From contig CAZGCT010000001.1 of NCBI GenBank assembly GCA_964524325.1, forward strand, positions 97,482-161,481: a stretch of DNA of 64,000 nt, written 5' to 3'. Position 1 is the first letter of the stretch, and each line of letters opens with the position of its first letter. The notes beneath the pieces are model-generated. The model was given only the letters and a program-made list of their open reading frames with translations, was not told where the DNA came from and did no database searches. A program made the position numbers and the translations under genes. Source of the stretch: an uncultured Hyphomicrobiales bacterium (GTDB lineage Bacteria; Bacteroidota; Ignavibacteria; Kapaibacteriales; UBA2268). Below, one piece after another: positions 10,402 through 19,857 of this stretch.

Positions 10402-11700
10402 ATGAGTAAAAGGCAACTCGATGGTAGAATTTTAAATCCCAAAGAAAATGGCAATGTCGAATTACTTGAAAATTCCTTCGTTGAATTTGACGAGAAAACA
10501 GGGAAAATTTTATCAATTGGACAAACCAAGAAAAACAAACAAAGCAAACAACAAGATTTTAATGATGTAATAATTATTCCTGGCTTAATTGACTTACATA
10601 ATCACATACCCCAATTACCAGGTGTAGCAAAATTTGCAGATGAACTTTTGCCTTGGTTGAAAAATCACATTTTCCCTCTTGAAATTAAATTTGTTGAGCC
10701 CGTTTACGCTGAAAAGGTTGCTCGCTTTTTTTTTAACGAAGCAATTAGTTTTGGCACAACAACAATCGTTGCTTATTCATCAATTCACAAAGAAGCTACC
10801 GACATTGTTTTCGAAGTGGCCAAAGATATAGGCATACGTGCGTTTATTGGAAAAGTAATGATGGACCGCGATATGAAAAGGTATCCAGAAGAGCTCCCTT
10901 TAATGTCCAGAAATATTAAAGACTCTCTTGATTTAGCTAAAAAATGGCACAACACAAATAATGGTCTTTTGCAATATATATTCTCGCCACGCTTTGCTGC
11001 TTCGTGCACAATGAAACTACTTGAAAAAACGGCTGCTGTTGCAAAAGAAGGTGGCTTCTTCATTCAAACACACCTTGCAGAAAATCAAAGCGAAGTAAAT
11101 TACATCAAATCCCTCTTCGAACGAGAACGTCATCGTGTACCCACAAACACACACATTTTTAAGAAAAGTAACATCTTGGGCGAGAAAACATTACTCGCAC
11201 ACTGTTTGTATCTTTCAACACCAGAATTACAATTGATAAAAGAAAGTGGCTCGAAAGTTGTACATTGTCCAACGTCCAACATCTTTCTTCAAAGTGGGTT
11301 AATGCCCTTACGGCGATATCAAAGTTACGACTTTCCAATTGGGTTAGGAACTGATGTTGCGGGGGGTTATTCGCTTTCGATGTTTAATTGTATGCGCGAC
11401 GCAATAGAAACTTCGAAAATTGTAAATCTTTTTAATGATAACCGGCCTTATCCCTATCTTTGTCCTAAAGAAGTTTTTTGGTTGTCCACACTTGGTAATG
11501 CCAAAATATTGGATTTAGAGCACAGAATTGGTTCCTTAGAAGTTGGCAAAGATGCAGATATTGTTGTAATAAAACCAAAACCCTCTTTTTATTTTTACAA
11601 TAATGCATTTGATGTCCAAGGTCTTTTGGAAAATTTTATTTACTTACCCCATACATATCAAATTGAAAATGTTTTCATTGCTGGTAAGCAAAAACTTTAA
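10402..11700 (+). CDS. Amidohydrolase-family protein (guanine deaminase / chlorohydrolase-like)
   Basis: ORF track starts at 10354, overlapping the upstream gene. ATG at 10402 (MSKRQ...) is more plausible. PGLIDLHNHIPQ metal-binding HxH motif, HLAEN, and GTDVAGG near the C-terminus. Confidence 0.6.
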   Translation: MSKRQLDGRILNPKENGNVELLENSFVEFDEKTGKILSIGQTKKNKQSKQQDFNDVIIIPGLIDLHNHIPQLPGVAKFADELLPWLKNHIFPLEIKFVEPVYAEKVARFFFNEAISFGTTTIVAYSSIHKEATDIVFEVAKDIGIRAFIGKVMMDRDMKRYPEELPLMSRNIKDSLDLAKKWHNTNNGLLQYIFSPRFAASCTMKLLEKTAAVAKEGGFFIQTHLAENQSEVNYIKSLFERERHRVPTNTHIFKKSNILGEKTLLAHCLYLSTPELQLIKESGSKVVHCPTSNIFLQSGLMPLRRYQSYDFPIGLGTDVAGGYSLSMFNCMRDAIETSKIVNLFNDNRPYPYLCPKEVFWLSTLGNAKILDLEHRIGSLEVGKDADIVVIKPKPSFYFYNNAFDVQGLLENFIYLPHTYQIENVFIAGKQKL

Positions 11701-11742
11701 CCCTTTTTCTACTTCTTGGAAAAGGTTATTTAATTTTCTAAA

Positions 11743-12483
11743 TCAAATTAATTTCGAAATACTTGAAATGCCTATTGGTTCAACGCTCAGAAATGCTTCG
11801 GCATATTTGCACCCAACCAATGTTCCAAAATATCTAGCTCTTGCTTCGAGTTCATGAAAAAATTCTGGACGGGACAACCGCGTTGTTGGTTCGTTAAGAT
11901 TGGATTTCCCTTCTACATAAACTTGAGAAACATAGCACTTTATTGCTTCTATTTTAGTTTCATAAACCTCTGAAATATCTACATAAAAGCTTGGCTTTTC
12001 GTGGAAAGGATAGCTTTGCATGTAGCAGTACATTTTTCGAATTCTCCACGGTTCTTGTGGTTTATTGTTTACTAAAGTTTCAATTTTTCTCAATCCACTC
12101 AAAAACATTGCTTTCCGTACAATTTGATTCAACGATTCGTGGTCTGGATGTCTTTCAAATGGTGCACTAATTAAAACCATCTTGGGTTTATATTTTCTTA
12201 GAATTTTTATGGTGGTCAAAATTGCTTCTTTGGTCGGTGTTGTAAAACCATCTGGCAACCTAAGGTTTTCTCGGTAAATTGCACCGAGTATTTTCCGTGC
12301 TTCTTCTGCTTCTTTTTGCCTATCTTCAACTGTTCCACGAGTTCCTAATTCTCCAAGCGACATATCAACAACTGCAACACGGTAACCTTCTCTTACCAAT
12401 TTAATAATAGTACCACCGCATGCAATTTCAACGTCATCGGGGTGAGACCCGAATGCAAGTAAATCAACTTCAAAATTGCTCAT
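11743..12483 (-). CDS. PIG-L/LmbE family N-acetylglucosaminyl deacetylase (BshB-like)
   Basis: 246 aa. AFGSHPDDVEIACGGT motif of the LmbE/PIG-L family. Confidence 0.6.
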   Translation of the reverse strand: MSNFEVDLLAFGSHPDDVEIACGGTIIKLVREGYRVAVVDMSLGELGTRGTVEDRQKEAEEARKILGAIYRENLRLPDGFTTPTKEAILTTIKILRKYKPKMVLISAPFERHPDHESLNQIVRKAMFLSGLRKIETLVNNKPQEPWRIRKMYCYMQSYPFHEKPSFYVDISEVYETKIEAIKCYVSQVYVEGKSNLNEPTTRLSRPEFFHELEARARYFGTLVGCKYAEAFLSVEPIGISSISKLI

Positions 12484-12484
12484 A

Positions 12485-12925
12485 TTAACTACCTGTAAGG
12501 TGGTGGATTTTGCTTATTCTTCGCTCGTGCCTATTCCCTTCGAAATGTTCATTTAAAAATGCATTGACAATTTCTATTCCAAGTTCCAAGGGAATTAACC
12601 GAGCGCCAAGTGTTATTATATTTGAATTATTGTGTTGTCTTGCCAATTTTGCCATTTCGACCGAACAGCAGTTAGCTGCACGAATTCCTTTAACTTTATT
12701 TGCAACTATACTCATACCAATACCAGTTCCGCAAATGAGTATTCCGAATTCGAAGTCACCGTTTGCTACGCTTTTCGCTAAGGGATAAGCATAATCAGGG
12801 TAATCACATGATTCCGAGGAGAAGCAACCAAAGTCGGAAACCTCTTGTCCCAAATGCTCAAAATATTCTTTCAATTTTTCTTTGTATTCGAACCCAGCAT
12901 GGTCCGAACCTATGGCAATCTTCAT
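12485..12925 (-). CDS. rpiB: Ribose-5-phosphate isomerase B
   Basis: 146 aa. MKIAIGSDHAGFEYK...ICGTGIGMSI typical RpiB/LacA/LacB. Confidence 0.8.
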   Translation of the reverse strand: MKIAIGSDHAGFEYKEKLKEYFEHLGQEVSDFGCFSSESCDYPDYAYPLAKSVANGDFEFGILICGTGIGMSIVANKVKGIRAANCCSVEMAKLARQHNNSNIITLGARLIPLELGIEIVNAFLNEHFEGNRHERRISKIHHLTGS

Positions 12926-12932
12926 GTTAAGT

Positions 12933-13487
12933 TCATATTATAATATCAGCCATGGGTGTATGATAATCTTCTTGTTGTGGGGTAGGCGAGATATTCTTCC
13001 CAAAGTTGAACAAATCTGGTTTGTGCTTTTTTTGAATTTTCTCTTGAATGATCATTAGTGCCTTTATAAGTGCTTCAGGGCGCGGCGGACAACCAGATAC
13101 ATAAGCATCAACAGGCAAAAATTGGTCTATGCCCTGAACAACTGGATAACTTCGAAACATACCACCTGTCGAGGCACAAACTCCCATAGAAATAACCCAT
13201 TTTGGGTCTGGCATTTGGTCGTATATCTTTCGAACCACCCAAGCCATTTTATATGTTACAGTTCCAGCAACTATAAGCAAGTCAGATTGTCGCGGTGTCA
13301 TACGAAAAACCTCGGAGCCGAAGCGCGCAACATCGAAGCGGGGAGAGGCAAATGCCATCATTTCGATTGCACAGCAAGAAATTCCCAACGGCATTGGCCA
13401 TACGGAATTTTTTTGTGCCCATTTCAAAACTGCATCGACGGTTGTTGTCACAAAACCGTCGGGACCCAGCAATTTATCTAATCCCAT
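12933..13487 (-). CDS. nuoB: NADH-quinone oxidoreductase subunit B (NuoB, 20 kDa)
   Basis: 184 aa. [15 protein letters not shown] and SGCPPRPE Fe-S cluster N2 ligand motifs. Confidence 0.9.
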   Translation of the reverse strand: MGLDKLLGPDGFVTTTVDAVLKWAQKNSVWPMPLGISCCAIEMMAFASPRFDVARFGSEVFRMTPRQSDLLIVAGTVTYKMAWVVRKIYDQMPDPKWVISMGVCASTGGMFRSYPVVQGIDQFLPVDAYVSGCPPRPEALIKALMIIQEKIQKKHKPDLFNFGKNISPTPQQEDYHTPMADIII

Positions 13488-13834
13488 TGAAATCCTCCTT
13501 TCTTTAGTTCATAATAATAACCAGCAAAGAGAACAATTATGAAGATTATCATTCCCCAGAATCCAGCAGAATCGAGCGATGAAAACGAAACTGCCCATGG
13601 ATAAAGAAATACTACTTCAATATCGAATACAATAAAACTCATAGCCACCAAATAAAACTTAACGGAAAAGCGTTCTCGAGCAGTTCGATAAGGAAGCATT
13701 CCACTTTCGTACGTTGTAGTTTTTTCATGTGTTTCCCGGCGTGCACCCATCCATTCCGATAGTATCAAAAACACAAATGCAAAAGCAAACCCAAGAATCA
13801 CCATTAAAATCAAAGGTATATAACTTTCTAACAT
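13478..13834 (-). CDS. nuoA: NADH-quinone oxidoreductase subunit A (NuoA)
   Basis: 118 aa, 3 TM. ESGMLPY...[12 protein letters not shown] conserved in NuoA/ND3. 10-nt overlap with nuoB. Confidence 0.85.
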   Translation of the reverse strand: MLESYIPLILMVILGFAFAFVFLILSEWMGARRETHEKTTTYESGMLPYRTARERFSVKFYLVAMSFIVFDIEVVFLYPWAVSFSSLDSAGFWGMIIFIIVLFAGYYYELKKGGFQWD

Positions 13835-13963
13835 AGCAAATCCAAAAAAAACAAAAATAAATAGAAATCAAATGTAAAAAAAAGAAACGATAAAAAGCAA
13901 CTTTATTTTATCAATTCAAACTTTTGTTATTTTCTCAAAATTTATTAATTTGCAACTCCTAAT

Positions 13964-14038
13964 GGGCGGATAGCTCAGCTGGTATAGAGCGCCTGCCTTA
14001 CAAGCAGGAGGTCGGGAGTTCGAGTCTCTCTTCGCCCA
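13964..14038 (+). tRNA. tRNA-Val (anticodon TAC)
   Basis: Cloverleaf readable by eye: acceptor GGGCGGA/TTCGCCC, D-arm GCTCAGCTGGTAGAGC, anticodon stem CCTGC/GCAGG with loop CTTACAA, T-arm GGGAGTTCGAGTCTCTC. CCA not encoded. Confidence 0.85.
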
Positions 14039-14047
14039 CGATAGGTT

Positions 14048-14133
14048 GCAGAAGTGGCGGAACTGGCAGACGCGCTGGACTCAAAATCCAGTGGGCTTGA
14101 AAACCCGTGCGGGTTCGACTCCCGCCTTCTGCA
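14048..14133 (+). tRNA. tRNA-Leu (anticodon CAA), class II with long variable arm
   Basis: Acceptor GCAGAAG/CTTCTGC, anticodon stem CTGGA/TCCAG with loop CTCAAAA, long variable arm TGGGCTTGAAAACCCGTG, T-arm GCGGGTTCGACTCCCGC. 9 nt after tRNA-Val. Confidence 0.85.
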
Positions 14134-14206
14134 CAAGCAATTCTACACGGTACATTTTTAAAAAAATTACATTCAAATTATAATTCAAATATGTATTTTG
14201 CTAATT

Positions 14207-16696
14207 TCAATGGCTTTTCTTTTTTCTGACATTAGAGTAAATCCCAAGACCAAGAATTATTATTGTTAAAATATTTGCAAATAAGGATAAATTCTTGCCT
14301 TTTTCGAAGCCAGGGGAATGGTATTTCATCTCTATTGTGTGCTTTCCTGGTGGAACAATAATTCCACGAAAAGCATAATTCGCCTTAATAATTGTGGTTT
14401 CCTTTCCATCGATATAAGCTTTCCAATAGGGGTAATAAATTTCTGAAATGAAAAGGATGGATTTTACATTTGATTCTGTTTCTATTTTGATGTATTCGTT
14501 CCTTTTTTCCAGGAAATTTACTTTGCTGGTCGTATCGTAGCCAAGGTCAGATATGTTTATTGGTTGTTCCACATATAATGTATTAGTAGGATTGAAGTCC
14601 CCTTGCTTTAGATGATTCAAGATTTCGATTGGTTTTTCCACAACTATACTCTTAACAAAGAATGCTCGAGGGTAATAACCAAAGTTTGGGTAAACATATG
14701 CTTGAAAGTTGGCTCCTTGGTAAATTGGTTCAACTCCTTCAAGTTTCCGTGTAAAAACTAAGTATTTTACATTCAGCAAATTCCACAAGAATGGATTGTA
14801 CAACTGCGATGTCGATCCTTCCATTCCTTCCATGTTTGCAACATCTAATAAATCTTGATAAACACGTAGTTTTGCGGCGTGATAGCCGTTAATATTTTCA
14901 ACCAAATAATAAGCAGTTAGATTAGCTGGATTTGCGGAAAAATCGGCAATCCTATAAATTCCAGTATCTCGTTTAATGAAGTCGTAAATGTCTTTTCTTG
15001 ATTCAAAAACTGCTGTAGCGTCTTGCTCTTTTGAATATTCCATTCGTTCAGTATCTATTCTAAATAAGTCGATAATAGTGATTATTCCACTTATAGTTAT
15101 AAGCGTGATGTATTGCAACTTGTTTTGTATATACAAAGCCGAGAAAATACCAAAAGCGACTAAAAACAAGGCATTTATATAAAGGTCCTGTATTGTTTTG
15201 GACCAAACGAATTCTTGAAGTTCCATTACAATTTCGTTTCCGTATGCTTTTCCATAGGATTGGAATGTTTCCGAGCTTCCTGCAGCGGTAATGTAGCTTG
15301 TCTTCATAAAAGCAGAGAAGAAGAAAGCAATAAGTAAGAAAGCGAGTGGAATAATGATAAGCCAAGTAGTAAATTTTTTGAATTGATTTGGCTTTTGTCG
15401 CATTTCTCTTAATGCTTTAAATCCAAAAGCTGCTAAAATCGGAATTGTGAAGTGGAGTAAAACTAATGCCATCGACGGAGCTCGGAACTTACTAAACGAT
15501 GGAAAATAATTGTAGAATAAATTGTAAATAAAAGGCACATTTTTACCAAAAGAAAGGAAAATTCCAATTAAAGAAATTACAATCAAAGATTGTATAAACA
15601 CATTCTTGCGAAAATGTATTAAACCTATGATAGCAAGAGCAAGAACAATAATACCCATATATGGTGGGGAGTCTTCGGATTCTTTAGTTCCCCAGTAGGT
15701 GGAAACCTTTCCCTCTCGGTATTCTCTAACACCAAATCCAAAGTAACTTGGAACAAAGAATGTAATTAATTCTTTTGGATGATACGACCACATTGTTGCA
15801 TATTCGTAATCGCTTTTATCTGATTTTTGAGTTTTATCCATTTGGAGTTTGACTATTGGTGCTGAGCCGCGAACAGAATAGGGAGCATATTCAAAAGTTG
15901 AAAAGTATCTATCGGCGGACATTAAAAAGGCAAGAACTAGTGAAAAAACAACTAAAATTCCCGCTCTTATACGAGGAATTACATTTTCCTTTTTAACTAT
16001 TCCAGCAATAAGGTCATAGATGACATAAATTGCGAGTGCCAGCCCCCCGTAAAAAATCATTTGCAAATGGTTGCCAATGAACATAACTGAAAATGCTATA
16101 ATTAGCAACCCAAGGTTAAGGAAAGAAAACTTTTCTTTTAACTTTTCGAAAAACAAGAAAGTATAGGGAAACATTGCCAAAACAATTGGTTTTGTATTGT
16201 GTCCGATCATAATCCACGTTATTACATAGGTAGAAAATATTGCTGCAAAAGCAGAAAATAGTCCTACTGTACGTTCAAAGTTTTTGTATCTAAGCAACCA
16301 GTAAATGCCAATTCCATAGAGTATATAAAAGAATAGTACACGAGCAACGTCGCTTCCGAATATGCCACCAAATCCCACAGAAATGTTTGTAAACAATTGT
16401 GCTATAATGTCCCAAGTTCGGTTTCCAGTGACTAACAAAGATGCATAGGCGGGCATACCGCTAAAAATAAGAGGTATCCAAAGAGGGAAGTTCCCTACTT
16501 TACTTGCTTGTTCAATAAATGGCCTAAACGCTAGCGATGAGAGATTGTCGAAATCAATAAAACCACCTCCAAATATTGCTCCCCAGAAAAAGGCAAACAA
16601 AAGTACAACCATCGTCAAGATTGCCAAAAGATCTTGGTATTTTGGTGGTATAATTTGTTTCTTTGCTGTTTGCTTCTTTGGTGCCTGCTTACCCAT
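14207..16696 (-). CDS. YfhO-family polytopic membrane protein (putative lipid-linked glycosyltransferase)
   Basis: 829 aa. Many predicted TM helices over the first ~550 aa, then a soluble C-terminal domain, the architecture of the YfhO family. Family call from overall organisation, not a specific motif. Confidence 0.45.
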   Translation of the reverse strand: MGKQAPKKQTAKKQIIPPKYQDLLAILTMVVLLFAFFWGAIFGGGFIDFDNLSSLAFRPFIEQASKVGNFPLWIPLIFSGMPAYASLLVTGNRTWDIIAQLFTNISVGFGGIFGSDVARVLFFYILYGIGIYWLLRYKNFERTVGLFSAFAAIFSTYVITWIMIGHNTKPIVLAMFPYTFLFFEKLKEKFSFLNLGLLIIAFSVMFIGNHLQMIFYGGLALAIYVIYDLIAGIVKKENVIPRIRAGILVVFSLVLAFLMSADRYFSTFEYAPYSVRGSAPIVKLQMDKTQKSDKSDYEYATMWSYHPKELITFFVPSYFGFGVREYREGKVSTYWGTKESEDSPPYMGIIVLALAIIGLIHFRKNVFIQSLIVISLIGIFLSFGKNVPFIYNLFYNYFPSFSKFRAPSMALVLLHFTIPILAAFGFKALREMRQKPNQFKKFTTWLIIIPLAFLLIAFFFSAFMKTSYITAAGSSETFQSYGKAYGNEIVMELQEFVWSKTIQDLYINALFLVAFGIFSALYIQNKLQYITLITISGIITIIDLFRIDTERMEYSKEQDATAVFESRKDIYDFIKRDTGIYRIADFSANPANLTAYYLVENINGYHAAKLRVYQDLLDVANMEGMEGSTSQLYNPFLWNLLNVKYLVFTRKLEGVEPIYQGANFQAYVYPNFGYYPRAFFVKSIVVEKPIEILNHLKQGDFNPTNTLYVEQPINISDLGYDTTSKVNFLEKRNEYIKIETESNVKSILFISEIYYPYWKAYIDGKETTIIKANYAFRGIIVPPGKHTIEMKYHSPGFEKGKNLSLFANILTIIILGLGIYSNVRKKKSH

Positions 16697-16766
16697 CTTT
16701 TCCTCGATTTTTATTAATGTTTTCTATATTTTTGCAAAATATGATTTTTTTATAAAAAAAAGAGAT

Positions 16767-17681
16767 ATGAATAAGGTAGACAAAAGAATTGTGTTTATGG
16801 GAACACCAGAGTTTGCTGTTCCAACTCTCGAGAAACTTAATGAAGAATATGGAGTTGCATTGGTTGTAACAAATCCCGACAAACCTGCTGGTAGAGGCTT
16901 AAATCCAGTACCCTCTCCTGTAAAAATCAAATCTACTGAATTGAATTTGCCCATACTGCAACCAGAAAAAATCAAAAATCCTTTATTTTACAAGCAAATC
17001 CAAGAATTTTCCCCAGACATAATAGTAGTTGTTGCTTTCAAAATTCTACCACCAGAAGTCTTTAAATCAGCGAAAATAGCCAGTTTTAATGTTCACCCAA
17101 GCTTGTTGCCTAAATACCGCGGGCCAGCTCCAATTAATTGGCAAATAATTAACGGTGAGAAGGAAACTGGATTAACGACTTTTATTCTGCAGGAAGAAGT
17201 GGACGCTGGCAACATTATTCTTCAGTGGAAATATCCAATCCCCGAAGGATTTACAGCAGGAGATCTGCACGATTTCTTGGCACCCCTTGCTGGAGACATT
17301 GCTGTGGAAACTTGTAAATTACTTCTTTTGGGTAATTATTCCCTTCAAAGCCAAGACGAGAGTTTATTTACTAAAGCACCAAAAATTTTCCCCGAGCAAT
17401 GCCAAATCGATTGGACTAAGGATTGTATTTCTTTACGCAATTTTATCCACGGAGTCTCGCCTTCGCCTGGGGCTTGGACTTTGATTATGGGTAAAAGGTT
17501 CAAAATTTATCGCTGCAATTTTGAAATCAACACCCACAATGAACAATTAGGCATACCAATTGTAAATGGCAAAAAATTGCTGTTCCCTTGTGCCAATGGC
17601 TTCATAATTCCTTTGGAAGTACAAATGGAAGGCAAAAAGAAGATGAAAACTGAAGAATTTATCAAGGGTTATCGTGCTTGA
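16767..17681 (+). CDS. fmt: Methionyl-tRNA formyltransferase
   Basis: ORF track starts at 16545, but that extension overlaps the divergent YfhO gene. ATG at 16767 gives MNKVDKRIVFMGTPEFAVPTLEKL, a canonical Fmt N-terminus. SLLPKYRG motif present. Confidence 0.85.
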   Translation: MNKVDKRIVFMGTPEFAVPTLEKLNEEYGVALVVTNPDKPAGRGLNPVPSPVKIKSTELNLPILQPEKIKNPLFYKQIQEFSPDIIVVVAFKILPPEVFKSAKIASFNVHPSLLPKYRGPAPINWQIINGEKETGLTTFILQEEVDAGNIILQWKYPIPEGFTAGDLHDFLAPLAGDIAVETCKLLLLGNYSLQSQDESLFTKAPKIFPEQCQIDWTKDCISLRNFIHGVSPSPGAWTLIMGKRFKIYRCNFEINTHNEQLGIPIVNGKKLLFPCANGFIIPLEVQMEGKKKMKTEEFIKGYRA

Positions 17682-17998
17682 AATTCTTTCTTTTTTGTTT
17701 CAACAACTTCTTTTGCTGCTTCATTTTTAATTGAGTCAATCATCTCGGAAAATTTTTTTGAATCTTTCGTTCGCAATTCCCATGAAAAATCAAGAAATTC
17801 GCGAAAAGTAAAGCCGTTTTGCCGCAAAATTTCCATAACCCTCTTGTTTGCTTTCGCAGAGTCCTCAATTGTGTAGCGTGCTAAAAGTATCTCTTTGTAG
17901 GTTTTCATAAATTTTTTTTCAGAGGAGGAAAATTTTTCTTTCTGACAGGAAAAAATAATTATCGATATAAAAAGCAAGAAAATGACTTTTGCTTTCAT
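17669..17998 (-). CDS. Small hypothetical lipoprotein
   Basis: 109 aa. Signal peptide with lipobox IIFSC. Charged helical remainder. Confidence 0.4.
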   Translation of the reverse strand: MKAKVIFLLFISIIIFSCQKEKFSSSEKKFMKTYKEILLARYTIEDSAKANKRVMEILRQNGFTFREFLDFSWELRTKDSKKFSEMIDSIKNEAAKEVVETKKKEFQAR

Positions 17999-17999
17999 G

Positions 18000-18746
18000 T
18001 TATTCAGGTAATCTATTGAAAAAATTATAAACGAGAATATTATCTTTCTTATTTGCTAATTCCGTTGGTTTTCCCGTTGCAATTATTGTTTTTGTCGATT
18101 TGTCCAACATTACAACTCGATGACTAATTCTCATAATACTGGAAAGGTCGTGGGTGACAACGATCATTGTTATTCCAAGCAGTTTGTTTAGATTAATTAT
18201 TAGTTCGTCGAGCGAAGCAGAAGTCACAGGGTCCAATCCAGAAGATGGTTCATCAAAGCAAAGAATCGGTGGATCAAGCGCTAATGCTCGGGCTATTGCT
18301 GCTCGCTTTTTCATTCCACCACTTAGTTGCGATGGAAAAAAATATTCATAACCATCGAGTTGAACTAAATTTAATTTGAATCGAACAATTTGCTCGATTC
18401 GCTCATCAGATAGTTTCGTATGTGCTTTTAATGCTAGTTCGATGTTTTCGTATATTGTCATCGAAGTGAACAAACCACTTGATTGGAAAAGTATCCCAAA
18501 TTTTCTCAAAATAGCATTTCGCTCTTTATCTTTTGCTTTTGTTAAATTTTGTCCGTCTATTAATATTTCCCCATTAGTTGGAGTCTCTAAGCCAATTATT
18601 TGTCTAAGAAGTGTACTTTTTCCGCAACCGCTTCCACCAACAATTACAAAGATTTCGCCTGGGAAAATCTCAAAATTAATATCTTGAAGAATTGTCCTTT
18701 TATCGTAAACAACAGATAAATTTTTTACTTCAACAATTGGGTGCAT
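18000..18746 (-). CDS. ABC transporter ATP-binding protein (MlaF/Mkl-like)
   Basis: 248 aa. Walker A GGSGCGKST, signature LSGGMKKRAAIARA, Walker B LCFDEPSSGLD. Resembles the MlaF phospholipid-ABC ATPase family. Confidence 0.7.
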   Translation of the reverse strand: MHPIVEVKNLSVVYDKRTILQDINFEIFPGEIFVIVGGSGCGKSTLLRQIIGLETPTNGEILIDGQNLTKAKDKERNAILRKFGILFQSSGLFTSMTIYENIELALKAHTKLSDERIEQIVRFKLNLVQLDGYEYFFPSQLSGGMKKRAAIARALALDPPILCFDEPSSGLDPVTSASLDELIINLNKLLGITMIVVTHDLSSIMRISHRVVMLDKSTKTIIATGKPTELANKKDNILVYNFFNRLPE

Positions 18747-19680
18747 TTTTTCCCTTGGCTTTATTAATTGCTATTTTTACAAAACCGTTGGATTCTTCCA
18801 ATAATTTAATTGCTTCTGCCTTACTTACTTTTCCAAGCAAGATAATAAGAGCTACTTTTACTTTTCCATCTGCATCGGATAAAGTCTTTTGAGCAGTTTG
18901 GTAATCTACGTTACATAACTCCATTATTATTTTTTTTGCCCTCTCGCGCAGCTTGTTGTTTGTCAGTTGCAAGTCTACCATGATGTTTTCGTAAGTTTTA
19001 CCTAATTTAATCATTGAAGCAGTCGAAAGCATATTCAAAACAAGTTTTTGTGCAGTACCGCTTTTCATTCTTGTCGAACCAGCAATTACTTCTGGACCAA
19101 CAACAGGGCAAATGTAAATATCTGCATCTACCCCAAGCTCTTTTACCTTTTCAACTGGGGAGGTTGCTATAAAAATGGTTTTAATTCCTCTATTTTTAGC
19201 TTCTAAGATTGCTGCTTTGACAAACGGAGTTCTTCCAGAAGCCGCTATACCGACCACTACATCGGGTGGTTTAATTTGGTATTCCTCAATTACCTTCCTT
19301 CCATTTTCTATATTGTCTTCTGCCCCTTCTTTTGCACGAAAGACTGCATCTTTTCCCCCAGCAATTATTCCTTGAACCATTTCTGGGGGAGTACCAAAAG
19401 TTGGTACGCATTCTACTGCGTCAACTATTCCCAGCCTACCGCTTGTACCAGCACCAATATAAAATAATCTTCCCCCTTGCTTGAATGATTCAACAATCAA
19501 GTCTACTGCTCGAGATATGTTTGGAATTTCTTTTTCTACAGCATAAGGAACAATTTTGTCCTCTTCATTTATCATTTTAAGAATTTCTTCAGTTGAAGCG
19601 ATATCAATTCCCTTTGTCATGTTATTGTTTTGTTCTGTTGTAAGCAAAGAAATTTCGTTGAATAATTCAATTTCGTTCAT
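18730..19680 (-). CDS. murQ: N-acetylmuramic acid 6-phosphate etherase (SIS domain)
   Basis: 316 aa. GRLFYIGAGTSGRLG and TPFVKAAILEAK SIS motifs in a MurQ-length protein. 17-nt overlap with the downstream ABC ATPase. Confidence 0.75.
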   Translation of the reverse strand: MNEIELFNEISLLTTEQNNNMTKGIDIASTEEILKMINEEDKIVPYAVEKEIPNISRAVDLIVESFKQGGRLFYIGAGTSGRLGIVDAVECVPTFGTPPEMVQGIIAGGKDAVFRAKEGAEDNIENGRKVIEEYQIKPPDVVVGIAASGRTPFVKAAILEAKNRGIKTIFIATSPVEKVKELGVDADIYICPVVGPEVIAGSTRMKSGTAQKLVLNMLSTASMIKLGKTYENIMVDLQLTNNKLRERAKKIIMELCNVDYQTAQKTLSDADGKVKVALIILLGKVSKAEAIKLLEESNGFVKIAINKAKGKNAPNC

Positions 19681-19857
19681 AAATCCAATCCGAAGGTAAT
19701 TTCAAATTTAGTAAAAACATTCATAAACTACGATTTCGCTTCGGACTGCTTCAAAAAGGTAAGGGTTGTAATAAATTAATTAAACATCTTTTTAAGCTTA
19801 GATTAAAGACATTTATGAGAAAATAAGTGGATTTTTTTCACCAAAATTCAAATCCTC

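Noticed and set aside
14988-15365. ORFs 14988..15182(+) and 15060..15365(-) and similar short ORFs (1514..1813, 2229..2528, 8121..8471, 13122..13481, 20378..20833, 50098..50919, etc.)
   Set aside because: All are embedded in or antisense to well-supported genes with strong motifs. They have no motifs of their own, and long antisense ORFs are expected by chance opposite highly expressed genes.
16545-16766. 5' extension of the fmt ORF (track start 16545)
   Set aside because: It overlaps the divergent YfhO-like gene by ~150 nt. The conserved Fmt N-terminus begins at ATG 16767.
19681-19857. Possible hairpin terminator between the sugar kinase and murQ (GCTTCGGACTGCTTC)
   Set aside because: The two GCTTC elements are direct repeats, not inverted, so no stable stem-loop forms.
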